DNA of 11,939 nucleotides from positions 1 through 11,939 of the forward strand of contig JANRJP010000069.1 in assembly GCA_033763905.1 (NCBI GenBank), read 5' to 3'. Positions 6,887 through 11,939 of the stretch are shown here, piece by piece (the stretch's first letter is position 1; each line of letters starts with the position of its first letter). The stretch comes from Gemmatimonadaceae bacterium. GTDB lineage: Bacteria; Gemmatimonadota; Gemmatimonadetes; Gemmatimonadales; Gemmatimonadaceae. A program made the translations under genes and the position numbers. The notes beneath the pieces were generated by a model. It was given only the letters and a program-made list of their open reading frames with translations, had not been told where the DNA came from and did not search any database.

Positions 6887-8785
6887 ATGACTCCTGGCAA
6901 CCTGACCGAAACGCTGCGCGCCTGCGCCTTCGTCGAAGGCCTCCCCGATCAGCACGTGTGGCATCTCGCCCGCGCTGGCACGCTCACCGACTTTGCCACC
7001 GACGACCTGCTCTTCCATCAAGGCGATGAGCGGAAGTTGATGGCCATTCTGGTCGAAGGCTCCATCAGCGTCGAGAAGGGCGCCGACGGGCTCACCGTGC
7101 GGATGACCACGCTTGGGCCGGGCGAAGCCGTCGGGGAAGGCGTCCTGCTCGACGACGAGCGGCACGGGACCTCGGCACGCTGTCTGGAGCCGGTCAAGGC
7201 GTTCGTCTACGAGAAGGCCCAGCTCGCCAAGCTGCTCAAGGATCAACCCGCGATCTACGCCGCCTTGGTCGGGCGCGCCGCCCGGGCCATTTCGCGCCGG
7301 CTGTCGCGCGTCGATGCCACGTTGGTGGGCCGCGGACGGGCACTCGGCTTCGGTGGCGGGCGGATGCGCACCGAAAAGGATCTCCTCGGCGCCCGCGAGG
7401 TGCCGGAAGACGCGCTCTACGGCGTGCAGACACTGCGAGCGACCGAGAACTTCCCGATCACGGGCGTGACACTGCGCGAGTTCCCGCGGCTCATCGAGGC
7501 GATCGCCGCGGTGAAGGAAGCCGCCGCCTTGGCGAATCGCGATCTGGGCCTGCTCGATGCGGAGCGCTGTGACGCGATCGTCCGAGCGGCGCGTGAAGTG
7601 CGTACCGGTCGTCACCACGAGCATTTCCTCGTGGATATGATCCAGGGCGGCGCGGGCACGTCGACGAATATGAACGCGAACGAAGTGCTGGCGAATCGCG
7701 CCCTCGAGCTGCGCGGCCGTCCGCGGGGCGAGTACGCCGACATCTCGCCGAATGAGCACGTGAACTTGAGCCAGTCCACGAACGACGTGTACCCCACGGC
7801 GCTGCGACTGGCGCTACACGTGCAGATCGAAGAACTCCGCACCGCGATGGCCGCGTTGTCGGAAGCGTTCCGCGCGAAGGGGCACGAGTTCGCGCCGCAC
7901 CTCAAGATGGGCCGCACGCAGTTGCAGGACGCGGTGCCGATGACGCTCGGGCAGGAGTTCACCGCCTTTGCGAACACCATCGTCGAAGACGTCGAGCGAC
8001 TGGCCGAAGCGCAGGCGCTGGTGCGCGAGATCAACCTCGGCGCGACCGCCATCGGCACGCGCATCAACAGCCCGGACGGTTATCCCGAAATCGCGCGGAG
8101 CCACCTGGCCGCGATCACCGGCGTGCCCGTGATCACCGCCCCCGATCTGATCGAAGCCACGAGCGACGCTGGCGCCTTCGTGCAGCTGAGCGGCGTGCTC
8201 AAGCGCTGCGCGGTGAAGTTGTCGAAGATCTGCAACGATCTCCGCCTGCTCTCGAGCGGTCCGCGCGCCGGGTTTGGCGAGATCCAGCTGCCCGCGGTGC
8301 AACCCGGCTCGAGCATTATGCCGGGCAAGGTGAACCCGGTCATTCCGGAAGTCGTCAATCAGGTGTGCTTCGACATCATCGGCAGCGATGTCACCGTGAC
8401 GATGGCCGCTGAAGCGGGACAGCTGCAGTTGAATGCGTTCGAACCGATCATCGCGTTCCGTCTGTTGCGCTCGCTGCAGGAGCTGCGGAACGCCTGCGTG
8501 ATTCTGCGCGAGAAGTGCGTCACCGGCATCACCGCAAATGTCGATCGGATGCGCGCGCTGGCCGAAGGCTCGGTCGGTCTGGTGACCGCGCTGGTCCCCG
8601 AGATCGGCTACCACGCGGCGGGCGACGTGGCGCTCGAAGCCATTCAGACGGGCAAGAGTGTCCGCGATGTCGTGCTGGCGCGCGGCCTGATGTCGGCGGC
8701 GGCGCTCGATATGGCGCTCGATCCCGCCAAGCTCGCCGGCGTGCGCGCGCCAACGCCCGCGGCGGGGGTGCCAACCGTGCGGTGA
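6887..8785 (+). CDS. aspA: Aspartate ammonia-lyase (aspartase) with an N-terminal cyclic-nucleotide-binding (CRP/cNMP-like) domain
   Basis: Residues ~1-146: LFHQGD, ILVEGSISV, LGPGEAVGE, followed by a C-helix (cNMP fold). From Met160: RTEKDLLG, YGVQTLRA, QGGAGTSTNMNANEV, QSTNDVYPTA, KMGRTQLQDA, SSGPRAG, GSSIMPGKVNP. GGAGTS, QSTND and RTQLQDA are AspA-type rather than FumC-type (GSGT, QSSND, RTH). Confidence 0.93.
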   Translation: MTPGNLTETLRACAFVEGLPDQHVWHLARAGTLTDFATDDLLFHQGDERKLMAILVEGSISVEKGADGLTVRMTTLGPGEAVGEGVLLDDERHGTSARCLEPVKAFVYEKAQLAKLLKDQPAIYAALVGRAARAISRRLSRVDATLVGRGRALGFGGGRMRTEKDLLGAREVPEDALYGVQTLRATENFPITGVTLREFPRLIEAIAAVKEAAALANRDLGLLDAERCDAIVRAAREVRTGRHHEHFLVDMIQGGAGTSTNMNANEVLANRALELRGRPRGEYADISPNEHVNLSQSTNDVYPTALRLALHVQIEELRTAMAALSEAFRAKGHEFAPHLKMGRTQLQDAVPMTLGQEFTAFANTIVEDVERLAEAQALVREINLGATAIGTRINSPDGYPEIARSHLAAITGVPVITAPDLIEATSDAGAFVQLSGVLKRCAVKLSKICNDLRLLSSGPRAGFGEIQLPAVQPGSSIMPGKVNPVIPEVVNQVCFDIIGSDVTVTMAAEAGQLQLNAFEPIIAFRLLRSLQELRNACVILREKCVTGITANVDRMRALAEGSVGLVTALVPEIGYHAAGDVALEAIQTGKSVRDVVLARGLMSAAALDMALDPAKLAGVRAPTPAAGVPTVR

Positions 8786-8798
8786 CGCGGCGTCACCG
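8780..8798. repeat. Perfect inverted repeat spanning the stop codons of two convergent genes
   Basis: CGGTGACGC-G-GCGTCACCG contains the aspA TGA (8783-8785) and the CoA-binding gene TGA (8795-8793). Confidence 0.6.
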
Positions 8799-9245
8799 AC
8801 CGAGGCGCATCAGCTCGATCTTCACGCAGTGGTCCTTCACCACGTCGATGCCCGCCGCCACGAACTGCGCCGCGGCGGCATCGTGCCGAATGCCGAGCTG
8901 CATCCACACCGCGGCAGGACGCGCGGCAAGAATGTCGTCGACGTGCGGCGGAATGTCCTCCGGACGCCGGAAGATCTGGACGACGTCGATCGGAGGCGGC
9001 GCATCGACCACGCGACGTACGACCGGCTCGCCCAGAATCTCCGTGGCGTTCGGGTAGTACACGGGCACCGGAATGATGGTGTAGCCGGCTCGCTGCTCGT
9101 ACGCCGCGACGTCGTAGGCCGGCTGGCCGGCGGCGGCCTCCGTCTTGATGCCCAGGACGGCAATCCGCCGCACGCGACCCAGCAACTCGGCGATCTCTTC
9201 GCTGCGCTGTAACAGACGCCCCGGACGGCTAGGACTGGCGGTCAC
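8793..9245 (-). CDS. CoA-binding protein (YccU-like, CoA_binding_2 Rossmann fold)
   Basis: IAELL...RRIAVLG, PAYDVAAY...GYTIIPV, EILGE, PIDVVQIFR, AVWMQLGI, GIDVVKDHCVKIE; GTG start with AGGGG upstream. Confidence 0.9.
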   Translation of the reverse strand: MTASPSRPGRLLQRSEEIAELLGRVRRIAVLGIKTEAAAGQPAYDVAAYEQRAGYTIIPVPVYYPNATEILGEPVVRRVVDAPPPIDVVQIFRRPEDIPPHVDDILAARPAAVWMQLGIRHDAAAAQFVAAGIDVVKDHCVKIELMRLGR

Positions 9246-9320
9246 ATTTCCCCCTGCGCTCGGCTAACTTTCCCGGCTGCGGCGCACGTGGCGCCGCACG
9301 GACTCTACCGAAGGTAGTCA

Positions 9321-10460
9321 ATGCGCGTGCTCGTTCTTGGCGCTGGCCTGCAAGGGTCGGCGTGTGCGTTCGATCTGCTCCAGAATGCGGACGTCTCCCT
9401 CGTCCGTCTCGCCGACAAGGCGGTCGGTACGCCGGCCCCCTTCCTCGCCCCGCTGGCCGGCCCCCGCCTGCAGCCGATCGCGCTCGATTTCGGCAACCGC
9501 GAGGCGGTGCTCGCGGCGATGGCCGGTGTCGATGCCGTCGCGTGTGCCGCGCCGTACTACTTCAACTACGACTTGTCGGTGCTGGCCGTCGAAGCCGGCG
9601 TGCACTTCGCCGACTTGGGCGGCAATACCGAGCTGGTCTTCAAGCAGCTCACACTCGCCGACGCGGCCGCCCGGAAGGGCATTTCGATCGTACCCGATTG
9701 CGGCCTCGCCCCGGGAATGGTCAACACCATCGCCGAGTACGGCATCTCGCAGCTCGACACCGTCTCGCGAGTGCGCCTGTTCGTCGGCGGCCTGCCCCAG
9801 TTTCCTGAGCCGCCGCTGAATTACCAGATCGTCTATTCGCTCGAAGGCGCGCTCGACTACTACACCACACCCTCGTGGATCGTCCGCGATGGCGTGCGCA
9901 CGACCATCACGGCACTGACCGAGATCGAACCGGTCGACATCGCCGGGGTCGGCGCGCTCGAGGCCTTTCACACGGCGGGCGGCCTGTCGACGATGCCCTT
10001 CCGCTACGAAGGCAAGATCGCCGAGATGGAGTACAAGACGTTGCGCTATCCGGGCCACGCGGCGCTGATGTCGGCGATCCGGGCCTTGGGCTTGCTCTCG
10101 ACCGAGCCGGTGGATGTGAAGGGCACGAAGGTGGCACCACGCGATGCCTTCGTGGCCACGGTGAGCCCCTTGCTGCGCAAGCCCGGCAAGCCGGATCTCG
10201 TCGCGGCGCGCGTGCTCGTCGAGGGCACGAAGGGCGGGTCAGCGGCACGACGCCAGTGGGATATCGTCGATCGCGCCGATGAAGCCCGCGGCCTCACCGC
10301 GATGATGCGCTGCACCGGCTTCACCCTGTCGATCGTCACGCAGTTGCAGATCGCCAAGCAGGTACCCGCTGGCGTGCAGACGATGGACAGCGGCGTCCCG
10401 GCGGAACCGTACATCGCGGCGCTCGGTGCGCGCGGTGTACAGGTGATCGCCAGCGCCTAA
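9321..10460 (+). CDS. Saccharopine dehydrogenase / lysine 6-dehydrogenase family NAD(P)-dependent oxidoreductase
   Basis: N-terminal Rossmann motif VLVLGAGLQG; DLGG, DCGLAPG, VGGLPQ..EPPLNY, LEAFHTAGGLSTM, YKTLRYPGH, TAMMRCTGF. Confidence 0.9.
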   Translation: MRVLVLGAGLQGSACAFDLLQNADVSLVRLADKAVGTPAPFLAPLAGPRLQPIALDFGNREAVLAAMAGVDAVACAAPYYFNYDLSVLAVEAGVHFADLGGNTELVFKQLTLADAAARKGISIVPDCGLAPGMVNTIAEYGISQLDTVSRVRLFVGGLPQFPEPPLNYQIVYSLEGALDYYTTPSWIVRDGVRTTITALTEIEPVDIAGVGALEAFHTAGGLSTMPFRYEGKIAEMEYKTLRYPGHAALMSAIRALGLLSTEPVDVKGTKVAPRDAFVATVSPLLRKPGKPDLVAARVLVEGTKGGSAARRQWDIVDRADEARGLTAMMRCTGFTLSIVTQLQIAKQVPAGVQTMDSGVPAEPYIAALGARGVQVIASA

Positions 10461-10488
10461 GCGCCCTCGCTCGGCGGCGAGGGGCGCT
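10460..10488. terminator. GC-rich hairpin between convergent genes, possible bidirectional terminator or 3' stabiliser
   Basis: AGCGCCCTCGC-TCGGCG-GCGAGGGGCGCT forms an 11-bp stem with one bulged G and fills the gap between the stops at 10460 and 10488. There is no U-tract on either strand. Confidence 0.5.
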
Positions 10489-11939
10489 CAGTCGTCCGTC
10501 TCGCCGCTGAGTGGCGTCCGGCGCCACGCCGCGAGCGTGGCGCCCAGCGCATCGGTCAGCGCGCGAGCGCGCCAGCGGTCGTTGCCGTTGTAGACCGCCG
10601 CGAAGGCCAGTGTCTCGCCGTCGCGCGTGGTCACGTAGCCGGCGAGTGAGGTCACTTCGTTCGTGGTGCCGGTCTTCGCTCGCAAGTTCCCCTGCGCAGG
10701 CGTGCCGCGCATCCGGAAGCGCAGGGTCTCGCGCTGACCGGCCACGGGGAGGGACTCGAGAAACGGCTCGCGCCACGGCGCCTTGTGCGCGTACTCCAGC
10801 AGCTTCACCAGCGCGCGTGGCGTGGAGCGATCCAGAATCGATAGCCCGCTGCCATCGGCGGCGTACACGTCGTTGGCGGCGAGCCCCACGCGCTTGGTCA
10901 GGAACGTCTGCAGCGCGGCATTCCCCGCTTCCGCCGACCCGACCCCCACGCGCTCCTTGCCGCGCGCACTCGCGCGAAACACGAGCTCGGCGAAGTGGTT
11001 AATGCTCTCGCCGTTCATCTCGTGCACGATCGACGCGAGCGACGGTGACGCCAGCGATGTCACCAACTGCGAGCCCGCCGGCACCGCGCCCAGGCGAACG
11101 CCGCCCTCGATGGGAATCGCCGCGTCCTTGAGCGCCGCCGCCACCGCGCCGGCCGTGAACGTCGCGGGATCTTCGAGCACGTACTCGTAGCGGCGCGTGC
11201 CGGCCTGCTTGCCGATCGTGCCCCGCACTTCGTAGCCGCTGCGCGTCTTCACCACGCGAATGCGCGCGCGACGTCCCGCCACCACCTTCACCGCGCTCGT
11301 CACCGTCATCGTGGTGCTCGCGGGCTCCAGAAAGGCTTCGGCAATCGGACCGCTGCCGGGCCGCACGCCGACCCAGACCAAGTTCTCGTTGATCGACAGC
11401 GCCGAGACCCGCGCCGCATAGGCCGCGCCCAAATACCGCGAACGCCAGCCATCGGGAATGCCCTTGGCGTCGAAGGCAGTGGCATCGCCAATGAGGCTGC
11501 CGGTCACCCGCTTCACGCCGGCCGCCGAGATCTTGGCGGCCAACAGCGTCGCGCCGATCCCCGGCGGTCCGCCGAGCAGACGGTTCGACAGCGACGGATC
11601 CCCATCGCCGCGCACGTACAAGTTGCCGCGCACCGTGCCGTCGGCGAGCAGCGGACCATCGCGGAAGATTTCCGTCTTGAACTGCCACTCCGGCCCCAGC
11701 CGATCAAATCCCAGCGCCGCGGTGAACAGCTTCATCGTGCTCGCGGGCAGCAACGGCGCGGTGTGCTGCCGCGCAAAGAGCGTGTCGCCACGATCGAGCG
11801 ACACCACGAGCAGGCCGTAGGTGCCGCGCCTCGGCGCGAAGCGATCCACAGTCTCGCCCACCGTGGCCACGAGCGGCGCCACGCCAGCCACCTCCCGCCA
11901 CGCTGGCGCCGCCGAACCGATGCGGCGTCCACTCGGCCC
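10488..11939 (-). CDS. dacB: D-alanyl-D-alanine carboxypeptidase/endopeptidase (PBP4, peptidase S13), 5'-truncated by the window edge
   Basis: SxxK (PASTMK), GDGDPSL, SxN (ESIN), DGSGLS, SLPVAG, KTG (AKTGT), LAGYV. The frame stays open from 11891 to 11939 and no signal peptide is visible, so the start probably lies outside the window. Confidence 0.93.
   Translation of the reverse strand, partial: GPSGRRIGSAAPAWREVAGVAPLVATVGETVDRFAPRRGTYGLLVVSLDRGDTLFARQHTAPLLPASTMKLFTAALGFDRLGPEWQFKTEIFRDGPLLADGTVRGNLYVRGDGDPSLSNRLLGGPPGIGATLLAAKISAAGVKRVTGSLIGDATAFDAKGIPDGWRSRYLGAAYAARVSALSINENLVWVGVRPGSGPIAEAFLEPASTTMTVTSAVKVVAGRRARIRVVKTRSGYEVRGTIGKQAGTRRYEYVLEDPATFTAGAVAAALKDAAIPIEGGVRLGAVPAGSQLVTSLASPSLASIVHEMNGESINHFAELVFRASARGKERVGVGSAEAGNAALQTFLTKRVGLAANDVYAADGSGLSILDRSTPRALVKLLEYAHKAPWREPFLESLPVAGQRETLRFRMRGTPAQGNLRAKTGTTNEVTSLAGYVTTRDGETLAFAAVYNGNDRWRARALTDALGATLAAWRRTPLSGETDD

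Noticed and set aside
6887..7330. cNMP domain as a CBASS/Pycsar-type anti-phage effector or a CRP transcription factor
   Set aside because: There is no cyclase or defence gene in the window, no HTH domain, and the context is housekeeping and metabolic.
7364..8785. Class II fumarase (fumC) assignment
   Set aside because: The diagnostic motifs GGAGTS, QSTND and GRTQLQDA match aspartase rather than FumC.
3313..10058. Other long alternative-frame ORFs (3313-4479, 4316-5104, 5478-6890, 6533-7759, 7814-8614, 9318-10058)
   Set aside because: They are shadow ORFs of well-supported genes, Arg/Ala/Gly-rich and without domain motifs, as expected at high GC.
1..11939. tRNA/rRNA genes, CRISPR arrays, IS elements, prophage
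   Set aside because: Intergenic gaps are all short, and I see no spaced repeats, transposase, integrase or phage genes, or obvious compositional shift.

Overview
A GC-rich, densely coding bacterial chromosomal segment. The protein styles suggest Gemmatimonadota or a similar lineage (inference only). In order: the 5' end of an unidentified minus-strand gene; an intrinsic terminator; a secreted lipocalin-like protein and leuS (minus); a methyl-accepting chemotaxis-like protein with no sensor domain (plus); an MthK/Kch-type RCK-gated K+ channel overlapping a Tat-exported asparaginase-2 (Ntn-hydrolase) gene (minus); a divergent aspartate ammonia-lyase with an N-terminal cyclic-nucleotide-binding (CRP/cNMP-like) domain (plus); a YccU-like CoA-binding protein (minus); a saccharopine/lysine 6-dehydrogenase-family protein (plus); and a 5'-truncated dacB/PBP4 (minus). 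I see no RNA genes, mobile elements or CRISPR arrays. The most notable signal is the cNMP-AspA fusion, which has an atypical ligand pocket and sits head-to-head with the exported Ntn-hydrolase/K+ channel pair. Together these may form a ligand-regulated aspartate-release and deamination module. Both the channel and the fusion have in-frame internal Met codons with Shine-Dalgarno-like motifs that could give second, shorter products. All calls come from motif recognition by eye; no database search was run.
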